Source: an uncultured Chloracidobacterium sp. (GTDB taxonomy: Bacteria > Acidobacteriota > Blastocatellia > Pyrinomonadales > Pyrinomonadaceae). Taken from it: a stretch of DNA of 64,000 bases. The position numbers were made by a program, and so were the translations under genes. Below, one piece after another: positions 9,753 through 18,697 of this stretch (the first letter of the stretch is position 1; the number at the start of each line of letters is the position of its first letter). The notes beneath the pieces were generated by a model. That model searched no databases, was not told where the DNA came from, and worked only from the letters and a program-made list of their open reading frames with translations. The stretch covers positions 11,426-75,425 of the forward strand of contig CAZQGN010000013.1 in NCBI GenBank assembly GCA_964592865.1. Direction: 5' to 3'.

Positions 9753-11534
9753 CTAGTAAACGTAGGTGTTTGCCTGGATCATCGTATCGGCGATCCGCTG
9801 GCGTGCCGCGATGGTATTGACGGGCGAGTTGTTCTTGGTAAATCGCTTCAGTGCGACCAGCAAGGTACGGCCTTCGTCGCCCTCGGCGATGGCCGCGATG
9901 GTGTTCTTGGCCTTGGCGTCGATCCGCTGGATCGCGTCATTGCAAAAGACGCTCGCCATATCGATGTAGCGGCCGGCGGCCTCCTCACCGTTCTTTTCGG
10001 CGTACTTTTTCGCACGCAAAATGGCGGTTTCCATCTGATACGCGTCCATGATGATGTCGGCGCAGTTAACGAGCACTTCCTGCTGTTCGCTGAGGCCCAT
10101 CATATACTTTTGAGCGGCCGTGCCGAGCGTCATAAGCGCGATCTTCTTGGCGTTTTGCGCCAGTTTGGTCTCGGCCGCGAGCAGGCTCGTGTCCTCGTCA
10201 AACGACATCTGCGGATTGAGGATCTCGTCCATGAGGCCCTTGGCGGCCTGCAGCAGCCCGAGTTTGCCCTTCATGGCCCGCTTCATCAACTGGCCGGGAA
10301 TTAGCATGCGGTTGATCTCGTTCGTTCCCTCAAAGATGCGGTTGATGCGCGAGTCGCGATAGGCACGCTCAGCCGGATAGTCGGCCGAATAGCCGTAACC
10401 GCCGTAGATCTGAACCATTTCGTCGACAACGTAATCGAGAGCCTCAGAACACGCGACCTTATTGATCGACGATTCGACGGCATATTCTTCGATCGACTGG
10501 AGTTTGGTCGCGCTGTCGGCACCGTCGCCGATCAGGTGGTCTATCATACCGACCGTTCGGTAGGTGATCGACTCGGAAACCCACGTACGGATAGCCATCT
10601 CGGCCAATTTATGCTTGATCGCGCCGAATGACGAGATCGGTTTGTTGAACTGATGCCGCTCGTTCGCATAACGGACCGCTTCGTGAATCGCGAGTTTGGC
10701 ACCGCCGGTGACCGACGCTCCGAGTTTGAAACGGCCGACATTGAGCACGTTGAAGGCGATCTTGGCACCGTCGCCGACGTTGCCGATGAGATTGCCGACC
10801 GGGATCTTGCAGTCGGACAGTATGACCGCCGTCGTTGATGACGATTTGATGCCGAGCTTGTGTTCCTCGCCGCCGGGCCGGCAATTTTCGCTGCGGGGAA
10901 CCAGGAAGCAGGAAAACTTGTCCTTTTCGCCGTCAACCTTGGCAAAAACGAGATACACATCGGCAAAGCCGCCATTGGTGATCCACATCTTTTCGCCGTT
11001 CAGCGTCCAGGTCTGGCCGTCATCGCTCAGTTTGGCGACGCACTTGGCACCGAGGGCGTCGGAGCCGGAGCTTGATTCCGTCAGGCAGTATGCCGAAACG
11101 GCCTCGCCTGAGATGATCTTCGGTATCCATTCCTGTTTCAGCTCTTCGCTGCCCCAGTAGAGGATCGGAAGCAGGCCGATCGACGTTTGAGCTCCGTAGG
11201 TCGAACCAAAACCGCTGCCGCGGCCGACCATTTCGGCGATGATCACACCCGACGTTTGGTCGAGGGCCATGCCGCCGTATTCCTCGGGAATATTGGCACC
11301 AAGCAGCCCCAGATCGCCGGCCTTTTTCAAGAGGTCGCGGGCGATCTCCCACGCGTGGTTCTCGAGGGCGTCGAGGTTTGGGACCACCTCGTTGTCGATA
11401 TATTCGCGGCAGGTATCGCCGATCATGCGATGCTCGTCGGTGAAATCCTCCGGCGTGAACATCTCAGCCGTTGTCGAATCAGCGATCAAAAACTCGCCGC
11501 CTTTTACGTATTCTTTTTCCATTTGTGCTTCCAT
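9753..11534 (-). CDS. fadE: Long-form acyl-CoA dehydrogenase (Bacillus FadE/YusJ-like, ~593 aa)
   Basis: ACAD signatures (CLTE..SGSDA, YEGTNEI-like FEGTNEINRML) plus the C-terminal extension typical of ~590-aa FadE. Sits next to the thiolase gene. Confidence 0.85.
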   Translation of the reverse strand: MEAQMEKEYVKGGEFLIADSTTAEMFTPEDFTDEHRMIGDTCREYIDNEVVPNLDALENHAWEIARDLLKKAGDLGLLGANIPEEYGGMALDQTSGVIIAEMVGRGSGFGSTYGAQTSIGLLPILYWGSEELKQEWIPKIISGEAVSAYCLTESSSGSDALGAKCVAKLSDDGQTWTLNGEKMWITNGGFADVYLVFAKVDGEKDKFSCFLVPRSENCRPGGEEHKLGIKSSSTTAVILSDCKIPVGNLIGNVGDGAKIAFNVLNVGRFKLGASVTGGAKLAIHEAVRYANERHQFNKPISSFGAIKHKLAEMAIRTWVSESITYRTVGMIDHLIGDGADSATKLQSIEEYAVESSINKVACSEALDYVVDEMVQIYGGYGYSADYPAERAYRDSRINRIFEGTNEINRMLIPGQLMKRAMKGKLGLLQAAKGLMDEILNPQMSFDEDTSLLAAETKLAQNAKKIALMTLGTAAQKYMMGLSEQQEVLVNCADIIMDAYQMETAILRAKKYAEKNGEEAAGRYIDMASVFCNDAIQRIDAKAKNTIAAIAEGDEGRTLLVALKRFTKNNSPVNTIAARQRIADTMIQANTYVY

Positions 11535-11551
11535 ATCATCTCCTGATTTTC

Positions 11552-11626
11552 AACGCAGAGAACGCAGTGACCGCTGAGAAAAGAGACCGATCTTTTGATT
11601 CTCTGCGAGTTTCGCGGTCTCTGCGT
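11552..11626. repeat. Intercistronic inverted repeat of the CTCTGCG-type element (copy A)
   Basis: acgcagagaacgc at 11553-11565 and gcggtctctgcgt at 11614-11626 are reverse complements with 1 mismatch. An extra ttctctgcg lies at 11599-11607. Related to the copy at 13613-13674. Confidence 0.7.
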
Positions 11627-11635
11627 CTAATGTTT

Positions 11636-12814
11636 TTAATCTATCCGCTCGAATATCCCGGCCGCGCCCATGCCGCCGCCGACGCACATCGTGACCATCC
11701 CGTAGCGTTTGCCGGTTCGCTTCAGTTCCTGCAGTATGGTCGCCGTCAGCTTGGCTCCGGTGCAGCCTAACGGGTGGCCGAGTGCGACAGCCCCGCCATT
11801 GACATTGACCTTGGCCGGATCCATTCCGAGCACCTTCATAACTGACAAGCCCTGCGCGGCAAACGCCTCGTTAAGCTCGAAAAGGTCGATCTGATCCATC
11901 GTCAGGCCGGCGAGTTTCAGTGCCTTCGGAATGGCATAGACCGGGCCGATACCCATTTCCTCGGGCAGGCAGCCGGCGGTCGCGAACGAGACAAATCTCG
12001 CGAGCGGCTTGAGGCCGAGCTCATTTGCTTTGTCCATCGACATCACGACCGTGGCCGCGGCGCCGTCGGACATCTGCGACGAATTGCCCGCGGTGACGGT
12101 GCCCTTGACGTGAAAAACGGGCTTGAGCTTTGCGAGGCCCTCGATCGTCGAATCAAAACGCGGGCCTTCGTCGGTGTCAAAAACGACCTCCTTGCGGCGT
12201 ACGCGGCCCTTTTCGTCAAACTCATCGACAAACACGTTTAAGGGAACGATCTCGTCCTTGAACTTGCCGGCAGCGATGGCCGCGGCGGCTTTTTGGTGCG
12301 AGGTGAGCGAAAACTCATCGGCCTGCTCGCGAGTGATCTCGTATTTGCGGGCAAGGTTCTCAGCCGTCAGGCCCATATTTAGGTAATAGTCGGGATACGT
12401 GTCGACGATCGCCGGATTGGGCCGAACGACGTTGCCGCCCATCGGGATCATCGACATCGTCTCAAGGCCGCCGGCGACGATGACGTCGGCACCGCCTGTG
12501 CGGATGCGATCAGCGGCGAGAGCGATGGTCTGCAAACCCGACGAGCAATAACGGTTGACCGTCATCGCCGACGTTTCGACCGGCAGGCCGGCCGCGATCA
12601 TCGCCGTACGAGCGACATTCATCCCCTGCTCCGCCTCAGGGAACGCGCAACCCATAATGACGTCATCGATCAGCGAAGCGTCAACGCCGGCACGGGCGAC
12701 CGCCTCCTTGATCGCCGCCGCCCCGAGGTCGTCCGGGCGTGTGTTACGCAGCGTACCCTTTGGAGCCTTTCCCACAGCCGTTCGCACGGCCGAAACTATT
12801 ACCGCATCTTTCAT
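11636..12814 (-). CDS. fadA: Acetyl-CoA C-acyltransferase (3-ketoacyl-CoA thiolase)
   Basis: Thiolase active-site contexts ([10 protein letters not shown], NLNGGAxALGHPxGxTG-like [26 protein letters not shown]). Confidence 0.9.
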   Translation of the reverse strand: MKDAVIVSAVRTAVGKAPKGTLRNTRPDDLGAAAIKEAVARAGVDASLIDDVIMGCAFPEAEQGMNVARTAMIAAGLPVETSAMTVNRYCSSGLQTIALAADRIRTGGADVIVAGGLETMSMIPMGGNVVRPNPAIVDTYPDYYLNMGLTAENLARKYEITREQADEFSLTSHQKAAAAIAAGKFKDEIVPLNVFVDEFDEKGRVRRKEVVFDTDEGPRFDSTIEGLAKLKPVFHVKGTVTAGNSSQMSDGAAATVVMSMDKANELGLKPLARFVSFATAGCLPEEMGIGPVYAIPKALKLAGLTMDQIDLFELNEAFAAQGLSVMKVLGMDPAKVNVNGGAVALGHPLGCTGAKLTATILQELKRTGKRYGMVTMCVGGGMGAAGIFERID

Positions 12815-12826
12815 ATTTATTACCCT

Positions 12827-13117
12827 CTAACCATCGATCTTTTTTGCGACCCGGTGAACATCTAACATTCTCGCCGAACCTTCGCCACCGCTGGTCGCCT
12901 GGGCGGCGTTCATCCGCCAATAATTCAGAGCCTCGCGATATTTGGCGATCTGTTCCTCGCCGCTGAGCGAGTCGCCCCAATTCTCGTAAAACGAACCGCG
13001 GATCTCGCAATCCGGATAAAAGCCCTGGCCGCGGTCGGTCGCCGCGAGCATCGCTGATTCCGCTTCGGCATAATTGCCCTCAAGTACCGCGTCGCGCCAA
13101 TCATTTGCCGAACTCAT
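12827..13117 (-). CDS. Hypothetical small protein
   Basis: 96-aa ORF with a 4-nt overlap with the ybaK stop, in the same operon string as fadA. Confidence 0.45.
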   Translation of the reverse strand: MSSANDWRDAVLEGNYAEAESAMLAATDRGQGFYPDCEIRGSFYENWGDSLSGEEQIAKYREALNYWRMNAAQATSGGEGSARMLDVHRVAKKIDG

Positions 13118-13593
13118 ATACCCACCTCGACCTTTTTCGCGTCCAAAACCCGGACGATCTCAACCGCAGCGATCTCGACCAAAAAGCCGCGTTTACCTCC
13201 GTTGATAAAGATCTTGTCCAGATCGAATATCGAACGCTCGACGTAAACCGGCATCGGTGTTCGCGTGCCGAACGGCGAGGTGCCGCCGACCAGATAGCCG
13301 GTCCATTTATTCGCACGCTCGGGAGTCGCCGGCTCGACAGATTTCACGCCCAAATGCCGGGCAAGACTCTTTGTCGAGACCTGCCGGTCGCCGTGCATCA
13401 GCACTATCAGCGGCTTTTTCTCGTTCGTTTCAAATATCAAGGTCTTGATGACCGCGTGCTCGTCCACGCCGAGCTGTTTTGCCGATTCCGCCGTTCCGCC
13501 TTTCTCTACGTAGTCGTAAAGCCGCGGCACGAACTCGACCTTTTTTTCTCTCAAAAATCTGACCGCCTGCGTTACCGGAAAATCGACCAACAT
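13114..13593 (-). CDS. ybaK: Cys-tRNA(Pro)/Cys-tRNA(Cys) deacylase
   Basis: Alignable along its length to E. coli YbaK (TGYLVGGTSPFG, INGGKRGFLVEI, ILDAK). Confidence 0.85.
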   Translation of the reverse strand: MLVDFPVTQAVRFLREKKVEFVPRLYDYVEKGGTAESAKQLGVDEHAVIKTLIFETNEKKPLIVLMHGDRQVSTKSLARHLGVKSVEPATPERANKWTGYLVGGTSPFGTRTPMPVYVERSIFDLDKIFINGGKRGFLVEIAAVEIVRVLDAKKVEVGI

Positions 13594-13612
13594 ATTTATC
13601 GTTGCGTCTTCA

Positions 13613-13674
13613 GCGTTCTCTGCGTTTCAAACCAATTTTTAACGCGGAGAACGCAAAGCTTGCGGAGTCACCGC
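13613..13674. repeat. Intercistronic inverted repeat of the CTCTGCG-type element (copy B)
   Basis: gcgttctctgcgtt (13613-13626) and aacgcggagaacgc (13641-13654) form a 14-bp stem with 1 mismatch. This is followed by gcggagtcaccgc, similar to acgcagtgaccgc in copy A. Confidence 0.7.
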
Positions 13675-14228
13675 AAAATCTCTCTATACCGAAAACACGT
13701 CGTCAGATGATCGTTCACCATTCCGGTCGCCTGCATAAAAGCGTACATGATCGTCGAACCGACGAAATTAAAGCCCCGCTTTCTCAGGTCTTTCGACATA
13801 GCATCTGAGACCTCGGTCTTTGCCGGCACGTCGCCGAGCCCTTTTCGCTTGTTCACGATCGGCTTGCCGCCGACAAATCTCCAGATGTACTCATCAAACG
13901 AGCCAAATTCCTTCTGCACTGCGAGGAACGCCTTTGCATTCGACCTCGCCGACCAGATCTTCAGCCGGTTGCGGATGATTCCCTCGTTAAGCATCAATTT
14001 CTCAAGCTTTGCGTCCGAATACCCCGCAACCTTTGCCGGATCAAACCCCGCAAACGCCTCACGATAGGCTTCGCGTTTTCTGAGCACCGTGTCCCAACTC
14101 AACCCGGCCTGAGCTCCCTCGAGTATCAGAAATTCAAACAACAAACGATCGTCATGAACCGGCACGCCCCATTTCGAGTCGTGATACGGGATATTTAGCT
14201 CGTTCGATGCCCAAGTGCAGCGTTTCAT
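13668..14228 (-). CDS. tag: DNA-3-methyladenine glycosylase I
   Basis: Tag signature WGVPVHDDR.LFE.L.LEG.QAGLSW..VL.KR. Confidence 0.9.
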   Translation of the reverse strand: MKRCTWASNELNIPYHDSKWGVPVHDDRLLFEFLILEGAQAGLSWDTVLRKREAYREAFAGFDPAKVAGYSDAKLEKLMLNEGIIRNRLKIWSARSNAKAFLAVQKEFGSFDEYIWRFVGGKPIVNKRKGLGDVPAKTEVSDAMSKDLRKRGFNFVGSTIMYAFMQATGMVNDHLTTCFRYREILR

Positions 14229-14231
14229 TAA

Positions 14232-14678
14232 CTATGGTGCTTTTTCGATCTTTTCCGCCACCATATAACAGCCCGGATGGCTGCCGTCGGTCGGCGGAGT
14301 ATCCAAAACATTTACGATCGCGGTGACCTTTACCTTTTGGGTGCGTTCGATAAATTCGCCCTTGTCATCCTTGAGTTTCAGGCCTTTGCCCTTTTCGTAT
14401 TCATCGATCGAACTGCTGCCGGTGCCCTTGTCAATGCTCGCATTGATCGACTTTTCGTCTTCGAGCTTTTCCTTAAACGCTATCGGGCAACGCATCGGCT
14501 GGCCGTAACCGCTCGAGCACATCGCACTGCCCTTATTGTCCAAAAAACCGACAACTTCGATGCGTTTGTCATCATTTGCCTTATCGCAGATGCCCGCGTA
14601 TTGCACCGCGACCGGTGCACTGCAGTTGAACTTGAGCAGGGCCATGCCGACGACGGAAATTGTAAGTAAGATCTTCAT
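14232..14678 (-). CDS. Secreted hypothetical protein (Cys-containing)
   Basis: Signal peptide MKILLTISVVGMALL. Its start overlaps the stop of the upstream DUF4442 gene by 4 nt. Confidence 0.5.
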   Translation of the reverse strand: MKILLTISVVGMALLKFNCSAPVAVQYAGICDKANDDKRIEVVGFLDNKGSAMCSSGYGQPMRCPIAFKEKLEDEKSINASIDKGTGSSSIDEYEKGKGLKLKDDKGEFIERTQKVKVTAIVNVLDTPPTDGSHPGCYMVAEKIEKAP

Positions 14679-15100
14679 TGATTAAGTGTCTCCTTGCGTT
14701 TTGAAATATAGATAGTCTTTTCAATGAACGCATGCACCACCGAATTCTTGTCCTTTAATTCCAAGTTGTAAACTCGATCTATCGAACGCTCCGTCTCGGC
14801 AAGGCGTTTTATCTCTTCGATCTCGGCCGTTGACAGTGCAAAATCGGCATAAAGCGTACTTTTGCCCGGTTTTTTGAACCGGATGGCCGCCGCCTTGTCC
14901 CAGATCACATACTCAGGCCCGAGTATTCGGATCAGCATCAGCATATAGATCGGATCGACGGCCCCGTAAATGCTGCCGCCGTAGATCGTGCCGACATAAT
15001 TGCGGGTCCGCCACGACAGAGGTATCTTGACGCTGACATCACGCCAATCCTCCGAAATGTATGTGACCCCCCCCCCCCTCCCCCGGTTGGCCGGTAACAA
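14675..15100 (-). CDS. DUF4442-like hot-dog fold (thioesterase-like) protein; 5' end uncertain or corrupted by a homopolymer
   Basis: The pattern YISEDWRDVSVKIPL.WRTRNYVGTIYGGSIYGAVDPIYMLML matches the YiiD C-terminal/DUF4442 pattern. Only a TTG start is available, and the first codons read through G12-A-G5 (coding strand). Confidence 0.6.
   Translation of the reverse strand: MLPANRGRGGGVTYISEDWRDVSVKIPLSWRTRNYVGTIYGGSIYGAVDPIYMLMLIRILGPEYVIWDKAAAIRFKKPGKSTLYADFALSTAEIEEIKRLAETERSIDRVYNLELKDKNSVVHAFIEKTIYISKRKETLNQ
15067..15084. repeat. Homopolymeric tract C12-T-C5 (poly-G on the coding strand)
   Basis: Read directly from the sequence. It lies inside codons 6-11 of the DUF4442 ORF. Confidence 0.95.
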
Positions 15101-15175
15101 GTTAAAAACCCACCGGTAACAACAGCGTTTGGAACTTTAAGGGCTAAATTATCAAATAAAAGAAATGGACGGCAA

Positions 15176-17581
15176 TTAATTTCTCAACGGCTTGCCTGTC
15201 TTGAGCATCGCGGCGATGCGCTCCTGCGTTTTGCGTTCGCCGCAAAGCGAAACAAAAGCCTCGAGTTCGAGATCGAGCAGGTAACGCTCCGACACGTATG
15301 CACGATGATTCATATCGCCGCCGCTGAGTATCTTGGCGAGCTTCTTGCCGATCAGAACGTCGTGGTCTGAAACAAATCCGCCCTGCTTCATCATATGCAG
15401 TGCCAATTTGATCGCGGCCTGTGCCGATTCGCCGAGAACCATGATGTCGGTCCGCTCAACCGGCGGCACGAAACCGGCCGCATCAAGATTCAATACCTCT
15501 TGTTTCGCGTCCTGGATCAAACGGTCGCCGTTCATCGATATAGCGTCAGAATCACGCAAAAAGCCCCACGAACGGGCTTCCTGAGCCGAGGTCGCGACCT
15601 TGCCCATTCCGATCGTTTCAAACGTCTTTTTAAGAAAGGCCAGCGGATCGGCGTCCGGCGCCTTTGCCGCGGCATCCATCGCACGCATCGTCATTTCCTT
15701 GGTTCCGCATCCGGCCGGGATCAGGCCGACACCGACCTCGACCAGGCCGATATATGTTTCGGCCGCAGCCCGGACCTTGTTGCCGTGCATCGCGATCTCG
15801 CAGCCGCCGCCGAGCGTCAGGCCGTACGGAGCGGTAACGACCGGCTTTGACGAATAGCGCAGCCGCATCACCGTATTTTGGAGGGCCCTGACCATCATCT
15901 GGATGTCCTCCCACTCTTCCTCCTGGGCGGCGAGCAGGAGCATCATGATATTGGCGCCGGCCGAGAAATTTCCGCCCTGATTACCGACGACCAGCCCCTT
16001 GTAGTTCTTTTCGACCTCATCGAGGGCAAAATTCATCATTGCGACGGTGTCGCCGCCAATGGAGTTCATCTTCGAGTGAAATTCGAGGCACGCAACACCG
16101 TCACCGATGTCGATGAGCGAGGCTCCGGGGTTCGATTTGATAACACCGGTCCTTTCTTTGATGTCCTTGAGTATCATTACACCCGGACGTGCGGGCATCG
16201 GTTTGTAACAGCCCTCGACAAGGTCGTAGTAGGAGTGATGGCCGCCGTCATTCTTGTAAAACGCGGTCGCACCGGATGCGAGCATTTTTTCGACACTCGC
16301 CGGAACCGGTTGACCCTCGGCCCGCATTCGTTCGACCGACTCGGGTACGCCGATCGCGTCCCACGCCTCAAAAACGCCGATCTCCCAGCCAAATCCCCAT
16401 TTGATCGCGTTATCGATCTCGACGATCGTGTCTGCGATCTCGGGAATGCGGTTGGCGGCGTAACGCGAAACGCGAGAGGTCGTTTTCCAAAGGAATTCAC
16501 CGACGCGGTCCTTGCCCCAGACGAGTGCCTTGACGCGCTTTGCCCGGTCCTCGATCGCCTTGGCGGCATCGAGCGAAGGGAATTTGGTCTTTACCTGCGG
16601 CTTGTACTCAAAGGTGTTGAGGTCAAGCTCGAGTATCACACGCTTACCGTCGGCGTCCTTGGATTTCTTAAAAAAGCCGCCGCCGGTCTTGTCGCCGAGC
16701 AGTTTTTTGTCGAGCAGCGTTTGGATCAGCTCCGGCAGGCGAAACACCTCGCGATCCTCATCATCCGGTACGGCCGGGTACAGATTGTTTGTGACATGTG
16801 CCGTGACGTCGAGCCCGACCAGGTCCGACGTGCGAAATGTCGCCGATGACGCGTGGCCGATCGCCTTGCCGGTCATCTGGTCGATCTCAGTCGGCGTCCA
16901 ACCTCCGGCGATCATCTCGTGGATCGTCGCCATCATACCGAAAACACCGATCCGGTTGGCGATAAAATTGGGCCGGTCCTTGGCCGGTACGACGCCCTTG
17001 CCGAGACGCTGGTCGAGAAAGCCCGTGATCGCGCAGGCTATCTCGCCGCTGGTCCGTGAGCCGGGAATGACCTCGACGAGCTTCATATATCTCGGCGGGT
17101 TGAAGAAGTGGATGCCGACGAAGTGAGCCTTGAAATCGTCAGAAAACGGCTCGGCGATCGAGTCGATCGGGATGCCGCTCGTATTTGTAGCGATGACGGC
17201 ACCGGGCTTGCGATACCGCTCGACGTCCGCGAAGAGCTTGTGTTTGATGTCGAGATTTTCGACCACCGCCTCGATGACGAGGTCGCAATCCTTGATCTTT
17301 GCCAGATCGTCAGTGAAATTACCGGTCGTGATCAGTTTTGCATTGTCGCCGAGCATGAAGGGCGCCGGTTTTAATTTCTTAGCGGCCGCAAAAAGGGAAT
17401 CGACGATGCGGTTTCGCACCTGGGGCGACTCAAGCGTCAATCCCTTTTTCTCCTCGTCGGGCGTTAATTCACGCGGGGCTATATCAAGCAGCAGCGTGGG
17501 GATGCCCGCATTTGAAAGATGTGCGGCAATACCCGCTCCCATTGTTCCAGCACCTAAAACGGCAGCCTTTCTGATATCCAT
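15176..17581 (-). CDS. fadN: Bifunctional 3-hydroxyacyl-CoA dehydrogenase / enoyl-CoA hydratase (Bacillus FadN/YusL-like)
   Basis: N-terminal Rossmann motif VLGAGTMGAGIA with the HAD domain, and a C-terminal crotonase-fold domain. Length is about 800 aa, as in FadN. Confidence 0.9.
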   Translation of the reverse strand: MDIRKAAVLGAGTMGAGIAAHLSNAGIPTLLLDIAPRELTPDEEKKGLTLESPQVRNRIVDSLFAAAKKLKPAPFMLGDNAKLITTGNFTDDLAKIKDCDLVIEAVVENLDIKHKLFADVERYRKPGAVIATNTSGIPIDSIAEPFSDDFKAHFVGIHFFNPPRYMKLVEVIPGSRTSGEIACAITGFLDQRLGKGVVPAKDRPNFIANRIGVFGMMATIHEMIAGGWTPTEIDQMTGKAIGHASSATFRTSDLVGLDVTAHVTNNLYPAVPDDEDREVFRLPELIQTLLDKKLLGDKTGGGFFKKSKDADGKRVILELDLNTFEYKPQVKTKFPSLDAAKAIEDRAKRVKALVWGKDRVGEFLWKTTSRVSRYAANRIPEIADTIVEIDNAIKWGFGWEIGVFEAWDAIGVPESVERMRAEGQPVPASVEKMLASGATAFYKNDGGHHSYYDLVEGCYKPMPARPGVMILKDIKERTGVIKSNPGASLIDIGDGVACLEFHSKMNSIGGDTVAMMNFALDEVEKNYKGLVVGNQGGNFSAGANIMMLLLAAQEEEWEDIQMMVRALQNTVMRLRYSSKPVVTAPYGLTLGGGCEIAMHGNKVRAAAETYIGLVEVGVGLIPAGCGTKEMTMRAMDAAAKAPDADPLAFLKKTFETIGMGKVATSAQEARSWGFLRDSDAISMNGDRLIQDAKQEVLNLDAAGFVPPVERTDIMVLGESAQAAIKLALHMMKQGGFVSDHDVLIGKKLAKILSGGDMNHRAYVSERYLLDLELEAFVSLCGERKTQERIAAMLKTGKPLRN

Positions 17582-17633
17582 AATGTCCTCAAAACCGAAA
17601 TATTAGTACTAATGAAATTGAGCAAGATTATAA

Positions 17634-17653
17634 CTGAATGAATATTCATTCAG
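17634..17653. promoter_or_regulatory. Perfect 20-bp palindrome CTGAATGAATATTCATTCAG, candidate fatty-acid-degradation repressor operator
   Basis: Lies about 50-70 bp upstream of the fadN start codon. Each half-site is TGAATGA. Confidence 0.5.
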
Positions 17654-17860
17654 CAAGAACTATTTTAAATTTTCGTCGGAGGTCGTCTACAAAAGACAGA
17701 ACGGCGGGTGACGCTAATTGCTATTTTGACGACAGAGATCGGCTCTTATGCGATACTCTAATGCTCACGGTCCTGTGTGCTCGATCCGGGCCGACGCGTG
17801 CCGTACCGTGGTCAACCAAATGGGAACGGTACGCATCTATATACTGACCCAAAGAGAGTA

Positions 17861-18682
17861 ATGATGAAAAAATCAGTCATTTTCAGCATCGTTTTTGTGA
17901 TAGCGTCGGTGACCGCGGCATTTGCGCAGGGGACGACGATCGTCCGAAAGGAACTGCCGCCGGCCGAGATCACCCGGATCATCAAAAAGGTCTCGGAAAA
18001 TGAGTCGGCGTTTCGTGAGGCACTCAAAGATTATGTCTTTATCCGGCGGGCGTCGTTGAGCAACATCGGGCTGGGCGGACAGATCACCGGCACGTACCGC
18101 CGTGATTCGTTCATGACGTTCAATTCGGACGGCGGCCGTTTTGAAAAGATCTTGTTCGCGCCCATATCGACCCTGACGGAAATGTCGGTCACCCCCGAGG
18201 ATCTAGAGGACCTCGGCGGCGTAAATCCGTTTGCTCTCGAGCCGTACGCGATCCCGCAATATAATTTCAATTATCTGGGTATCGAGCGGATCGACGATTT
18301 TGACCTGTACGTTTTCGACGTGGCGCCGAAGGTCATTCCCGACCCGAAAAAGTCGAAACAGCGCATGTTCGTCGGCCGAATATGGGTTGACGTCCAGGAC
18401 CTGATGATCCTCAAATCACGCGGGAAAGCGGTGCCCGAGACCAAGCAGAACAAGTTTCCGATCGTTGAGACGACGCGGGAACAGATCGACGGCAAGTACT
18501 GGTTCCCCGTTGACGCCAGATCTGACGACGATCTCGTCTTTGACAACGGGCAAGTCGTTAAACTGAGGATGCGAGTCAAATATTCGGATTACAAGGTCGG
18601 ACGGACGGACGTCAAGATCCTCGACGATGTGGCCGATCCGGAAGTGAAGCCGACACCGTCGCCGACGCCGAAAAAGCCGTAG
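17861..18682 (+). CDS. Secreted LolA-like / outer-membrane lipoprotein-sorting-domain protein (tentative)
   Basis: Signal peptide MMKKSVIFSIVFVIASVTAAFAQ, with the start set at the ATG at 17861. The family call rests only on overall resemblance. Confidence 0.5.
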   Translation: MMKKSVIFSIVFVIASVTAAFAQGTTIVRKELPPAEITRIIKKVSENESAFREALKDYVFIRRASLSNIGLGGQITGTYRRDSFMTFNSDGGRFEKILFAPISTLTEMSVTPEDLEDLGGVNPFALEPYAIPQYNFNYLGIERIDDFDLYVFDVAPKVIPDPKKSKQRMFVGRIWVDVQDLMILKSRGKAVPETKQNKFPIVETTREQIDGKYWFPVDARSDDDLVFDNGQVVKLRMRVKYSDYKVGRTDVKILDDVADPEVKPTPSPTPKKP

Positions 18683-18697
18683 AATGTCCGCCGAACG

